Below, piece by piece: positions 38,501-53,206 of a stretch of 64,000 bases of DNA. Position numbers and translations under genes: made by a program. Numbering within the stretch: the stretch's first letter is position 1; each line of letters begins with the position of its first letter. The DNA comes from the human T2T-CHM13v2.0 reference genome, Homo sapiens, in NCBI RefSeq assembly GCF_009914755.1, contig NC_060927.1. One strand, 5' to 3'. The notes beneath the pieces were generated by a model, which had not been told where the DNA came from, did no database searches, and was given only the letters and a program-made list of their open reading frames with translations.

Positions 38501-40062
38501 TACTTTCTGTAATCAATGGTTGGGTATACATGATGATAATTCCAACTGAACTTGACTTTTGAAAGAATTAGAGAAAAATATATGATAGTACTGGGAGGGA
38601 AGAGGTAGAAAGTGTGTGATCAAGACAGATGTCAAGAAGGGAAATACAGCTGAAATAAAAAGTCAACCAGGATGATCCCAGCAGGCATAATTGTATTCTA
38701 AAAGAAGCTGATCCTCAATTCATGTAGTCTTTGTGAGAACAAATGATTAAATTATATATAAATTGTAAAATTATTTATACCAAGTTTGAACATGTGTAGA
38801 TAAAAGAAATAAAAATAAGATATCCTGTACATCCCATGAAAGTGTATTTATTTTGTCATGTTCACTACTATTTTCCAAGTACATAGATATTAGTCCAAAG
38901 ATAAGATAAATATTTTTTGATTAATGAGTTCTTTTTTTAAACGAGGAAAGAATGACTTTAGGAAAGCAGGTTTTATGATCAAAGAAGAAAATTAATTTCC
39001 AGATTTTAATGGATTTCTTCTCTTTAGTTAGTATAATTAAGTGGCAGCATGTAAAAAAATGTAAGTTGCATTTCTTCAAATACAATCAGTCTGTAAGAAT
39101 TCAAGGTGGAGCCTTAAAGGAGACTTATTTATTTGGTGAGCAGTTGTGCTGGGGCTAGTCTCATGCTGTGCCCAATTAACTTTTATTCAGCAGTGTGGCT
39201 CATATGCTGTCATACAAAGACTTACTATCCTATCCAGCTAGAAATGCAATAAAGTCCTCACATCAGTAACTCTGATGATGCCTCGCTGCTGATGTTGGTC
39301 TCCATGTTTCGGTAATTGCTCTCCATGGATTACTGAGGTTTTTTGGTTGGTTGGTTGGTTTTGTCTTAGTTCCTTGTTTGTTCTGCCTGTCTTAACTTCC
39401 TGACACCCATCAATGAATTTAAATGATGTATTTTTAATCTTTACTTGCTAGGAAAACTAATGTGTTAATTATATTATCACTTTATCAGGTTTTTCTTGAT
39501 TTGAATTGCTGAAAGAGGGGAACCTAGCACATTTCTGTATATCCTTGAAGGAATTTGTTGATATGAAGGGTAAGATTCCACTGGATTCATTGAATTGTGG
39601 AGCATCTGTTTCCCTGATTCAGAACTGGCTCAACTTTGCAATTATAGGTCCGGGATATATTGTGAAATCTAGGAATGGTTAGCTAATCTTGTCATGAGTA
39701 GTGACGATGTATTAGAACATCTATTTGAAATATGGGGGATGAATCCACCCATATTTAGAATATGATGAGTCCACTCATATTTTAGAATAGAATTATAGAA
39801 AGTTACAGATTTATGAATACTTGAAGAATACAAAATCACAATGCTTACATCTGTTAAACAGTGTTTTTCAATATGCCTGTTGTGAGCCAAATGGGTTAAT
39901 GAATAAGATAAACACAAAAATAAAACGAGGGAATAGAAAATATAAAATTAAATCAAAGGCAAGTATTTTGTGAAATTTTGCTTCTTTTCTGTATATCCTT
40001 GTCCCTAATGTAAACTGTATTTTGATTGTGAGTAGCCAGGAAGATTGAAAGCCACTGTCCCA

Positions 40063-40310
40063 TAGCGGTAATTCTCAAAATGTAGTAAATTAAGAATTCA
40101 CCACACAGTGCATAATAATTTCCTGAGAAGCTTGTTTATAAATAAATAGATAAATAAGATAAAATGTATGAAACATGCAGATTACGTGTTTCCACCGTGT
40201 AAGATTCTGACCCACTCGGATTGAGGTGAGTCCAGTGAATATGCTTTATTAACAGATATCCCAAATAACACTAAAGAAGGTAATCTTTATGTTACATTTT
40301 GAAAATCCAT
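40063..40310. mobile_element. MER5-like hAT MITE
   Basis: ttctcaaaatgtag...atgcagatt...agattctgacccactcggattgaggtgagtccagtgaatatgctttattaacag...cattttgaaaatcca. Confidence 0.55.
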
Positions 40311-42188
40311 GTGCTTGTGAAAATAGTGGAGAATCTCTATTCTAATTGTTATAATAAGCCAAACATACTTGGAAAAATAAGATAGAATTAAATCATTAAG
40401 TAATTTTGTATATTTGATATGTAGAATAGATGCGCAATAGCTTTTTTAATAGCTTGAGAAATTCCAATTAACTAATCCATCTAGACTTCCCATTTGGTTC
40501 AGTGAAAAAAATGAACTTAGAATAAACTAAGAGAGGACTATTTACTGGGTGTATTTACTATTTGCCGGAAACCCATGGTTTCCTACGAAAGAAACTATGG
40601 AGTAGCTCCAGTCACCCTTTACTCTATCTTGTCTTGAGAGAGATTTATTGTTCCTTACCATTACTGTAGCTGGAAAGGAAAATAATCTTGGTAACTTTTC
40701 TTAGACCATGTCCAGACTGCTGCTGGAGTCTCATGTTTGGTTGTTTGACTTTTAGTTATCAAGGTGTCAGTGGGAGTATATTGGGTTTTACTTCGCATCT
40801 TTATGGTAGCAATAGTAACAGTCTGTCTTCCTGGATGCTGGTTGAGCTCTATTAGGGTGGACCCCAGCCTTGGCGCCTGTCCATCAGAAAATGCTAACTG
40901 GTATCTTTTAGAAACCTGGTTTATTTCTCATTTTTCTTCTAAATCCAGTAGAGTGAAAGTCTATTTATTTTTGCTTCAATTTTTTTTATATTTAATAAGA
41001 CAACAGCATTTGCTACTGTATATAAATCAAAAATATAATTATAACTAGGTCCCATTAATAAAATATTATGTGTAATTGTTGGTAAAATTTAATGCTCATG
41101 AATTAACCCTAAGTAGTCAGTAATTTCTTACATTTCTCAGCCCTGCTCCTGAAGGAAGATATAATTGTTAAATAATTTTGGATATTTATCAAAACATAGA
41201 CTGACACGTTCATTTTTTTTCTATTCCAAAATGGTAGGATGATCCAAAGAGAACTCTAAGGAATCCCCTACATTCAAGCCATATTTTAATGTTTCTTCAT
41301 TGCTGTTGTCAAAATAAAGTAATGTTTCTCTTAAGAAGAAAGAAAATGTATTATTATAGAATCGATAGGTCATGCTATGCTTAAATAAACAGGTATATCA
41401 GTATGAATTATAATTTATGAAACGAAACATTTAAAAAGATTCTTTAGATTCTAGGGTTGTAATCTTTAAGAAGAGAATTATACAAGAAGTTATTTTTGCT
41501 AACTAGGGAATAAATTGTATGAAAAAATATTTATGTATTTTTGCATACTTTGGAACGGTACAATTTTATAGGAAGCCAAAATTCAGTTTCCCCTATGAAG
41601 GTATGAAGTAAAGTTATTGCAGGTCACTCACAATTTGGGCAAGTAATCTAGGGGTAGGTAGAGTAGAAAGGATCATGTTCATTCATTCAGTACACATTAT
41701 CAGTAGCTTATTAGATAGTCATTGTATCAAAAGCCAATGTTAAGATGGAAAAGTTTGTTGGGACATGTTTTATAACGTTCACAGTTTTGTTGGACATAGC
41801 AAGTAATAGTCACTTGCAGTACTGTTAGCTGTAGGAAATGTGTTCATTCATTCTACATAGGCTTGAAATTAAAGTTTCAAAATCATTTAATGTTTGCATG
41901 GGTATAAGTTGACAGTCTTATTTATACATATATTTCATTAAATGTATCTTACAAATTAGATTTTACTATTAATTTTAATATGCTTGTTTTACTTAGTGAA
42001 ATTATACCAATGTATATTAAAGTTCTAAATGTGATAACAACCCTAGACTAAGTTTTCAGTTATTTTTAATATTTCTACTTTAATAAAAATTTGGTCCAGT
42101 CCAAGTCTAAGAAAATGCAAGAAAATATGTTGAAATAAAGATTTGTGAAAATTATTAGTTACCAAATCAATTGTTATAAAAATATTTA

Positions 42189-42457
42189 CTGTAATCCTAG
42201 CACTTTGGGAAGCTGAGGCGGGCGGATCACTTGAGGTCAGGAGTTTGAGACCAGCCAGACCAACATGGTGAAACTCCGTCTATACTAAAAATACGAAAAT
42301 TAGCTGGGTGTGTTAGTGTGCCTGTAATCCTAGCTACTTGAGAGACTGAAGCAAGAGAATTTCTTGAACCCAGGAGATGGAGGTTATAGTGGGCTGAGAT
42401 CTCACCACTGCACCCCAGCTTGGGTCACAGAGTGAGACTCCGTCTATTTAAAAAAAA
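42189..42457 (+). mobile_element. Alu (AluS-like), first ~20 nt missing
   Basis: ctgtaatcctagcactttgggaagctgaggcgggcggatcacttgaggtcaggagttt..., A-rich linker, right arm and A tail. Confidence 0.95.
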
Positions 42458-43482
42458 TTAAATCTTCATATTTTAAACGTTTATTTGAAAATTTGATTAT
42501 ATACTTTGCTATAAAATGCTAAATAATTTAGGAGTGTTTTGGAATCCTTTGAGACAGGGTAAATGTGTCATGTTTATATGCTTAAAAAATAAGATGTTTT
42601 TCATTCCAGACTAGAGTTTACTCATTTTCCTTATTCTTAGGTCATCTGAATAGCTTTATGCTTATATTTTGTATAAAATTTTCTGAGGTTTGTAATCCTG
42701 TTTAAACACATATGAAAACATCGAGGTTCAGTCATACAAAATTACAGTCATAGATGTAATTTGGCTTTTTGGTCTATGTAACTTAACACAGTAACTGCTT
42801 TTTTTCCAGTACAATTTGAAAAAAGTGGAAATTTCCTAGGGGAAAATATATGCTTATCAAAAGTTAGAGCTGTCTTCTGGAGCAGCCTTCAAAGCTGAAG
42901 TAAATAAGACATGAAGTTTAGCTTCCAAGCAGGCTTTAATTTAGAAATTGCTGACCAAATAAAAATGTCCATAGCCTTTTGTCATAAGGTTTGTTGATTA
43001 CTTTGGTCCAGTTGAGCTGATTAGGTCTTAAATATTATAAAACTCAAAGGTAATAGCATAAAAAGTGCCAGTTTAAATATTTTATTGATCAGTAGTAATG
43101 TGGATGATTCTGACTTGGTATTTATTCATTAACACTGTGGGAGTTTGGGCAGTAAGATGGGACTCTTATAAAATCAATTTAATTTAAAATCAAGTTTTAC
43201 AGTATTTTATTTCTAGAATTCTAAATAAATATATAGAGAATTATTTTTGGGCTTTGTGTCAGGAAAACTTCCATATAACGTCATGTTAACTTTTAAGTCT
43301 TGCTGTGTTAATTTTTTATAGTTGCTTGGTAGAATCCTTCAGTGGGAAACCAGGAGAATGCAGGATCCCTTCAAAATGTCAAATCTTAGAAATTACTTTT
43401 CTTTCACTCTTCTAGCACTATAAGCTGCTCTTATTTCTCTTATTCTTAAACTTTCCTATTCTTTTGTCATTCACAAGATCAG

Positions 43483-43760
43483 AGAGGCCTTAGGCATAGT
43501 GGTTAGGAACTTGGGCTTTAAGGCCCAGCTGGCTGGACTTAAATTTAAATGGTCCTGCCTCTCACTAGCTGTGCTGACTGGAGGTTCTTTACCTCTTCAG
43601 GACTTTGATTTCTCAACTGGTAAGGTGGGATTTGTAATAAGGCCGTTAAAAAAATAAATTTGAAATAAATAATAAATGAGGTAATGCACTTAGAGCATGC
43701 TTAGCAGAGTGCCTGACATACAGGAATCATTCAAGAATTGCCAGCTAAAATAATTATATT
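43483..43760 (+). mobile_element. MIR SINE
   Basis: ggcatagtggttaggaac...cctgcctctcactagctgtg...taaatgaggtaatgcacttagagcatgcttagcagagtgcctgacatac. Confidence 0.75.
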
Positions 43761-45294
43761 ACGTTACAGGATTTTAGAATGAGATTCATAAACTGAGATG
43801 AAATTCCAAGCTCAAGAACAATATATGGGTGCCAGTACTTACAAATTTTAAAGTGAGTCACTAGACTGTTCCTGTATAGCTCATAGTTAAAAGTTTTTAA
43901 AAACCTATCTTTCCAGCATTAGAGATGTCCAGTTTCAACTATTGTAAGTGATTTATTTTGGGGAGATTGGAAGGAGCTGTGGTTTGGAGTGGAGAAGGGC
44001 TACTTTAGTGCCGGGGACATTAAGGGGATGAATTCAGAGTTTAATTCATGTTTGCTGTAATTTGGGGAGCATGAGGATGTGAGAGTTTGTAGCTAGGTGG
44101 CCTGAGACAGGAGAGCAGAGTCAGAAGCTGGACTGCACCAGGAGATAGCCCAATAATTAGCGCTTAGGGGTCGGAGGTACATATTTCATCGCCTGGAAGT
44201 GCGCCATGAAGAAAGGAACTGTCCTAGAAGCCTTTAGAAAGGGTACTGTCTCAAATGCTCAGATGGCTTCCTGGTGGCATGATGTGATCTTAAGACGTGA
44301 GGAAGAAGTTGAAAATGACTAATTGGAAGAGGCACAAAACTGGAATTTTCCAGCAGAATTTTCTTAAGGTGGTCACGTAAGAGAGAGTCAGCTTTGACCA
44401 TCTTCCAGTTCACCCATCTCACTGGCTTGACTTTGGTGAGTGGCAGATTATGAACAGAATCTGAAGACATATTCTTTCACACTGCAAGGTTTCAGGTTTT
44501 AAGCAAAAGCAAATTAGTGGAGAAAAGAACAGAGTTGTATGAATTTAGAATTTTGTTTTATTCTAGAGCTAAATAGTCTAAATTTTTGAAAGAGGACATT
44601 TTATGACTAAGAAGGCATGGAAAATTAATGTTACCATCAGATTTCATTGGAAGATGGGATAAAACTAGCTCACAGAGATTTTTGTAAGTAAAAGTGGCAG
44701 AAAATAAAATTACATAAAAATATACATAAATAAAACAAATGAAAATGCAAAACATATATTAAAATAATATTAAAATTCAAGTATTTTAAAAATAATTATC
44801 ACTTAGTATAATCAAATATGCCATTAACAACTATGTGATGTAGTTAGAGGAGATATATTCTATGTCTTGTTTCCCCCTACCAGCATGAGTGCTAATTAAG
44901 AATATGGAATTATTATGCCATGGTGGGAAAGGCAGTGTGTCTGGGGACAATTTAGTGGATTTTAAACTGGTGCTAATGCTAATTATCTGAGTGATCTTAA
45001 GTAAGTTTCCTAATCTTTCCAGGGTTCCCTATTCCTCATCTTTAAAAGAAGGTTATTTTATATTATTCAGAAAGTAACAGTATGGATCTGAGTGACTATA
45101 AACTCCAATAATAAAGAAATGTAAAGGGAATATAAACAAATGTATGCAAAGTTTCCAATTAGAAGCAAAACTGGACTTAAACAGGTTAAATATATTTAGA
45201 GGATGAGAATTTACTGTGGCCTTGATCAGTTAGTATAATTTTTTACGCCAAGGCTACCATCATTTCTCATCTGGACTCTTAGAATAGCTTTCTG

Positions 45295-45760
45295 ATAGGA
45301 TACTGTGCTAGGTTCTAGAAAAATTGGTGAACCAGGTGACTAAGGTCCCTAAACATATGAAACAGTCTTTCCTGGGAGATAAATCAATAGTTACAATAAA
45401 GTCATGCCTTTTGATTGTGGAATGTGCATTAGTTTAAGGAGACCCGTTAAACTTGCCACTTCCCCACCTGGTGAAAGATATCAGAAGATGCTTCTAACAG
45501 GCACTGTCATTTAAGCTGAGCCCAAGGGTGAGTAGGTAGTCACTGAGATGAGAAGATACTAGCTTATGGAAAGGCCCAAAGAATTTGATGTTTTTCATAA
45601 CTTGAAATAAATTTAGTACGGCCTGGAGTGCTGCGCTTGAGGGATGGAATGGTGAGAAAAAAAAACGCTTGCAGGATGAAAACCAAGATCTTGCAGGGAC
45701 GCAGAAGCGTCATGTTGGTCCCTTGAGAGTTGCTCAGAGTAGTTGTTGATTTTAGGTAAT
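45295..45760 (-). mobile_element. L2 fragment
   Basis: tactgtgctaggttctagaa...catttaagctgagccc...aagatcttgcagggac antisense L2 pattern. Confidence 0.5.
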
Positions 45761-46033
45761 ACTGGAGAAATATCGTCTTTAAGAGAAATGTAGGGAAAGT
45801 CTTAATGAATAAATACAGTACATGTTTGCAAATTGTGTTTTGTTTTTTTGAATTGACCAGATGTTTTAGCTCAGTTTCATCATTATTAATGGTGATATGG
45901 TAGGACCATTTCAGTACAATGTGTGATATTTTGGAGTTGATCTGGAGCAACTGGAGTTTTAAATCTCTAAGAAAAGAATGGAAATGCCTCTTTTTCTTAA
46001 GGTGAGTCCAGTGCTACATCAAGAGGGTGTTTG

Positions 46034-46271
46034 GGCCAGGTGCAGTGGCTCATGTCTATATTCCCAGCACTTTGGGAGGCTGACCTGGGCGGATCACTTA
46101 AGGCCAGGAGTTCAAGACTGGCCTGGCCAACATGGTAAAACCCCAGAGGCTGAGGCATGAGAATAACTTGAGCCCAGAAGGCAGGGGTTGCAGTGAGCTG
46201 AGATGGCACCATTGCACTCCAGCCTGGGTGACAAAAGCGAGACTCTGTCCCAGAAAATAATAATAAAAAAA
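46034..46271 (+). mobile_element. Alu with internal deletion of the central linker
   Basis: Left arm ends ...catggtaaaacccc and joins directly to agaggctgaggcatgagaat of the right arm. Confidence 0.93.
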
Positions 46272-47999
46272 GTGAAGTTTAATCTTCTGGACAGGATAAG
46301 GTCAAAATTGTCTCCATAAGTTCCTTTATAAGTTTAGATCCGTTTGCTAGGTGTTCTCAGTTACCTTGGTTTTCAGAATTGTACATAGTACAGTATCTTA
46401 CTAAGTTTTTGAAGTATCTTATCCAAAAAAAAAAAAAAAAAACTTCCTGGTGTAAAAATGGCTTGCTCCCCTTCAACCTGTTGCCCTCCACTCCATATTT
46501 ATTTGAGTGTCCCCTGCAGTTATTGGGTGTAGAGTACTTAACAGATGATTGACAAAGGTGATGAGGAGATGCAGATGCAGATAATAACTGCATCTGTTGG
46601 TGTTTCTCACATAAATAGCTTCCTCACCTGGGATTGGGACCTTGGACAGAAGTATTCAGCTAATAAGATATTCTTATAGTTGCTTTATACATTTTCTTTG
46701 AGGTCCCAAACTTTTTAAAGATAATATCATCCATTTCTTTGTAAATAAGGTGACTAGGATATAACTGTCCTTATATCAGAGGATATACCAGATAATTGCT
46801 ACTTACCCCGTGGTCAGAGTAACCTATGTCTTGTTCATGTCATTTTGACTTCCGCATTCAGAAAAGAGAGGACTCTTCAGCCAGCAGTAATGTGCAGTCT
46901 TGGCCTATAGAGGCTTCCATACCTCCATATATTCACAGTTTGCTCCTCTAAGGCATAAAGGCATATTATTAAAATGTATAATTACAGCTTGAGAGCAATA
47001 ATAGGTGTAAAGGTTTTTCAATATTTTGTTTTATTTTCTGAGGTTTCAATAGATCTAGTATCTAATAGAACAGAAACTTTACAGAAATATTGAATTTATA
47101 TGAAAACCCAACCAAATAGGAGGTCTGTAGAAGGTATCGTTCTAGCCACTTCAAGATGGAAGTGTCTAATCAGTGGGATCCCTATATTTAACTTCAAAGA
47201 TGTTATAGCCACAACTATAGCTCTTTTTAAATGCTTTTAAATGCCATTTGATGTTTTTTTTTCCCCTCATTCTCCAAACTCAGTGGCCATAATGCATTGA
47301 CTGTTTCTGTGTGGAGAGCACCATCTGATTTGTTTTATTCTGAATAGATAGTGCTTCTTTTTCATAGGTTTTTAAAAAATAATTGAAATAGTCTTGAGTG
47401 GATTCTTTCAGATTAGTTATATGTAGGTATATATACATATATATAAAGAAAACTAATATGAATACATTAAATTCTAAAATTAATAAAATTTATTTTGCTT
47501 TAGTTGTTTAAACTCCTGAATCATTATAATTTCCTTTTAATCATTTTTTTTTCCTGCTCTTTTTCCTTCCCTTTATGATCAGGATTTCAAGTTTATTATT
47601 GTGGCTTTGTCAGTGCTTTGACCCTACTCTAGTAACTTCCTTTGACACAATGTGATACAAACGCATGAAGTTGATGTTACTATTTATTGTTTTTAGAACA
47701 TTGGATTTATAAAATCACAGGGACTTAGCTATTCCCTCTCCAATGTACTCTTCTCAGTATTTTGCAACTACTTAAAGATTTTCTTATAGTTGCTTTATAA
47801 GAACTCTTCAGAGCCAGAATACTTAAAGTATTCTGTGTTTTTTGTTTGTGTTCTCTCAGTTATGTGTATCTAGTTATTATAAATTCCTCACCTACTCATA
47901 ATTGTGATATTTTATATATTTTCCAATTCATTATTATATAATTTACATCATGGATCTAAAAAAAGATATATAGAATACTTCAACTCTGTTTAATCATGA

Positions 48000-48275
<276 letters not shown>

Positions 48276-48679
48276 TAGCACTTATCATAATATATAATTA
48301 TATATTTACTTTATACTTTCTGTTTTCTGTTTTTCACATGAGATTGTAATCACCCTGAAGGCAAAGCCTATGTTTATTTTGATCCAACTTTATACATAGA
48401 ACCTAGTGGATTGTTTTTATATATGTATATGTGTGTGTGTAAAAAAAGAAATATACATTCATAGCAAATATTTTTGGAGTTTTGTAAATGAGAAGAAGAA
48501 ATTTGAAGAGAAAATGAGTTTTGAACAGAAAATGGAGAAATCAGATTTTCATTTCAGACAGACCACTGAGGCTGCATTGAATTCAATGAAAGGAACAAGA
48601 TGAAGAGACCCTAGTTGAGTTAAATGGAATTGGTAGGGGTTAGAAAGTCATATATTTGAAGGTGATTTAAAAACCTTAC

Positions 48680-49199
48680 TGTATTTGTTCTCTATTACTG
48701 CTGTAACAAATTACTACATATTCAGTGGTTTAAATAACACACGTTTATTTGCACAGTTTTGTAGGCTAGAGGTCTGACATGGATATCCCTAGGCTAAAAC
48801 CAAGGTGTTAGTGCAACTGCGTTCCATTCTGGAGGTTCTAGGAGGTAATCCATTTTCTTGCCCTTTTTAATGTCTGGAGACCACCCATGTTCCTCGGCTG
48901 CCTTCCTCTCTCTTCAGAGCCAGCAATATTGCATTTCTGCCTTTCTTCTGGAGTCACATCTTCCACTAGTTCTCTGTCTCTCTCTTCTACTTTTAAGGAC
49001 CTTTGTTATTACATCAGGCCCACATAAATAATATAAAATATCCCCCTATTTTAAGGGCGATTAGAAACCTTAGTGGATTAGCAACGTTAATTCCATCTGC
49101 AACCTTAATTTTCCTTCTCCGTGTAACAGCATATACATAGGTTCCTAGGATCAGGATATGGACAACCTGGGAGACAGACATATTATTCTGCTTACGACA
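48680..49199 (-). mobile_element. MLT1 (MLT1D-like) MaLR solo LTR
   Basis: tgtatttgttctctattactgctgtaacaaattac...ttctacttttaaggacctttg...ttaattccatctgcaacctt...attattctgcttacgaca. Confidence 0.8.
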
Positions 49200-49224
49200 T
49201 CCAGTTTGCAAACTGATAGATTTG

Positions 49225-49550
49225 TAGTTAATATTGAGGGATGAGTTAAGGATAGGATATTGGTTCACAATTTGTGTACTTGGGCAGATGCTGGGTAACA
49301 GTTACTGAAACAGAGAAATCAGGAGGTGGTGCCCATTTAATGGGAAAACAGTGAGTTCAGATGTGAACATGTTACATTTGAGAGGCCTCCGAATTGTATC
49401 TGAAGCATAGAGGGAAATTTATGCTGGAGATACTATTTTGGAGGTTGACAGCATTAAAATAATAGTTGAAATCCCTAAACTGATAAATTTTCTTTGAAAA
49501 TGAAAAAAAAAAACAGAGAAAATACAGAAGAGATTCCTGAAGAACATAAA
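49225..49550 (-). mobile_element. L2 fragment
   Basis: gtgagttcagatgtgaacatgttacatttgag...gctggagatactattttggaggttgacagcat. Confidence 0.6.
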
Positions 49551-49755
49551 ATTTTGCATTTTTCAAAATATGGCAGTTTTATGGAATATGAAATATGAGC
49601 AACTGAAGTAGAATAAAAATATTAAGATAATTTACACAGAAACTAATTTTCATTGATAAATCAATGGTTGTAAGTCTATACAACTCTTATTATTCTTCAT
49701 CAGTAAAAATTAGAACTGCAGTATATTTACCTCTGTAAAAGGTAACTTAAGACTT

Positions 49756-50120
<365 letters not shown>

Positions 50121-53100
50121 CTATGCCTAAAATTTTAGCTTCTTCCTCAAATCATGGGTCATGGTCAGCAAATGTCATTGTCCTTATTTGAAAATAAAAT
50201 CAATCTATAGAATCAGAATTTTACTCACATGTAAGAAACCTTGGAAAAAAAATATTGGTTTATAAATCAAGTGAATCTACAGATAGAACTATTTTTCTTT
50301 CCAAAAAATTAAGACTAGGCCTTCTAAAATTTAGCCAATAAAGGATAGGCAATAACTATGGGAACTATAACATATTTTGCAAATAGTGTCTGAAATACTA
50401 GTGTTATAGTTGGCAATACCTATATTCGAAAATTAATTCCTGTAAATAGAAAATTTATCTGTGTTTCTTCAGTGCTGTTCAAATTTAAGAGCTTTAAAAT
50501 GGGTAGATACAATCATTCATTTATTAAGTGGAAATAGATCTAGAGGATTTTTAAAAAGTAAAACAGGGTCACTCCTTTCTAGTAATTTAGTACTCTTTAA
50601 GAAATCTTTATCTGTAATTTGGTCTTTTGAATGGATTTACCTGCAGGGAAGGAGGTTCCCTGGGGAGACAAATCATCAGTGAATAAGTCAATCTCATTTA
50701 TAAATGAGTCTCCTGTATGCCTGATTAACAAGAACCAGTCTCCTAAAATATGATTATGCCTCTTTGGAAGGATAAATATTAATCTTCTCAGTCACAAAAG
50801 CTAAGGATTGAATTTTGAACCTGATTATTTCACTTTGTCATCAAAATATTAATAGTTTCGGAACATTATAGATTTCATTGCCATAATCTGTATCTTGGGT
50901 AATCAATAAGTTAAGAAAACTGATCAATGTCTTATCAAACCTACATTTGCTGTCTTATGCTTAATTATACTTAGGGAACCCATGTTGAATGAAATATTTT
51001 CCATTTGCCTAGATGTTAAAATGTCTTTATCCTTTCTTTTGCATTTACTTTATTGCAGAAAGTTCTGATGATAAACAATTTGACAATAGTACTTAATGAT
51101 TTGCTTCCCTACAGGGTAATGATAATAATGCATTTATTGTATTTTATATTTTATGCCAACCATAAAGCTTCCATCTGTCATTCTTTTCTCTATATTGAAG
51201 CCATGCTGCTCTTGGCATGGGTCACATTTGTAAATGTTTCATTTATGAACCATTCCTCCTCCTAACTCCTCTGCAATAGAGAAATATGCCAAAAAAGATT
51301 AGCTGCCTTATAGTTCATGTGTCTCTAAATTTGGCATCACATTCACTGTGACATTTCCTCAGTAGTTTCCAGTAGGAATTTGTCCTACATAATTCTCATG
51401 ATTTTATTTATCAAATAATTGTGCTAAGAGCTGTTTAATGTGTAAATGATATGACAACTGGTTGTCTTAATATTTTTTTTAAGTCTTCACATTTTTCCTG
51501 CCCATTTCTCTCATTATAGACTACTCTGTTCTACAGGCAGTATTACTTACTAAACTACTACAATCCAATTTAGCTATACAGAAGACAACACATAATTTTT
51601 AGGCAGTCAAAGATGTTGAAAATGTGGGAAAATGATTAGAAAATAAGATTTTCATTTAAATTATTTTTGTAGCATCTCCTCAGAATGTATATTATTGTGT
51701 CCGGTTTAATGACCCAATAACCATGTTTTGTGAGCAGGTGACTGTGAAATCTGAATGTTCAGGAATAGAATTTAGTTGGCTGCTTGAAGAATATTGGCAG
51801 TTCAGCTCTACCTTTTTTAGCGTCTAAAGGAACTAGAGTATAGGTAATATTTCAGAAATCAGCTGGAGAAAGGGGGTGGGGGAATCAAAGGAAAAAAACA
51901 CCATTGTTCTTAGATCTCTCTTGAATACTCGTCAAGTGGATTAATTAACAAGAGAGACTCAAAAGTTGAAGAAGAGGCAATCATGACCCATGACACAGCA
52001 AGCAAATTTTTTTGTGTTACTCTTCTTGTCATATATAGGGTAGCCATGCTACCCTAGTAGGGTGGCTAAGAAGATCAGAGTCTATTGAGAGCTAAGTTAG
52101 GGTTGATACTACGCTTAGAGAATTACATGGTTTAGGGTAGAGCAACACCCAGCAATTAGTAGAATAAGAAATATGACTTGACCAAGCATACAGTATTAAA
52201 GCAAAGTATAGAACCCAGGAAGCAGATAGGAAAAGATGTAATCTAAACAGTGGGAAGTTTCTTGGGACATGATAGAAGTTGGAGATTTAGGAAGTCTCTT
52301 TCAATATATTTCTGTGAAAAATTGCTTGTGTGTCGTGATATTAGGTATGCCATGAAAAAGTCCCAAGTCAGTGTTACCTGAAAGGCGCTGTTATCAATTC
52401 AAATTTAACTTGGATAAATAAATAATGCAAAAGGGAAGAGAAGAAATGATTATTCATAAGCATATTTGTATGCTATTTCAGTTAAATTGTTTTCTTCGTA
52501 TGATGGATGTTGGTTATCAGATAGTAGGGGGGATAATTTGAACACTGTACACAGTCAGAAATGGGGATAGATGTCCAGGGTTTGGACTGAGAGTGAGCAG
52601 TCTGAGGGCAGTCAGTGCTTCAGGGGTTGGGGCCAAGCTGGAGCAGAGAAGACGACTCCAAAAGATACAAATGTGTGTTTTGTCATAACCCATTCTGTGC
52701 TCAAAACAAATGTCCACTTCGATTTTATTTTTTCTAGAGACCACTTTGCCTCTTAACTACATCTCAGAAGATCATATGTAAATAGGCCTTGACTTTTTCC
52801 ATCGCAAACCAAGTACAGTAGCTGTTTAAATTTTATCCAGCACCTGCCTTCCTGCTTACACTATACTGCTTTTCCAATAGTTGGTTAAGAATGTTCTTTT
52901 CTAAGACATACATTTCTTGCTCATGATCCCTTTTGATTACCTCATTCATTCATTCATTTTCTTCAACAGATACCCACAAACACCCCCCCAACACACACTC
53001 ACACACATGTTAAAGTAATAGTTATAATTGTGCTGTCTTGATTTGGCTGTAATGTCAATGGACAAAAGAATTCTTTAATTTTAAGTTGTTTAATATGTAT

Positions 53101-53206
53101 TTGTTTCAAAATTATGGCAGCACAATTAAAATTTTTATCTGATAATTTCTTATTTCTGATGACTAAAGGTTAGATTACTAAAGTGTTTACCTCTGATAAT
53201 GGTTAA

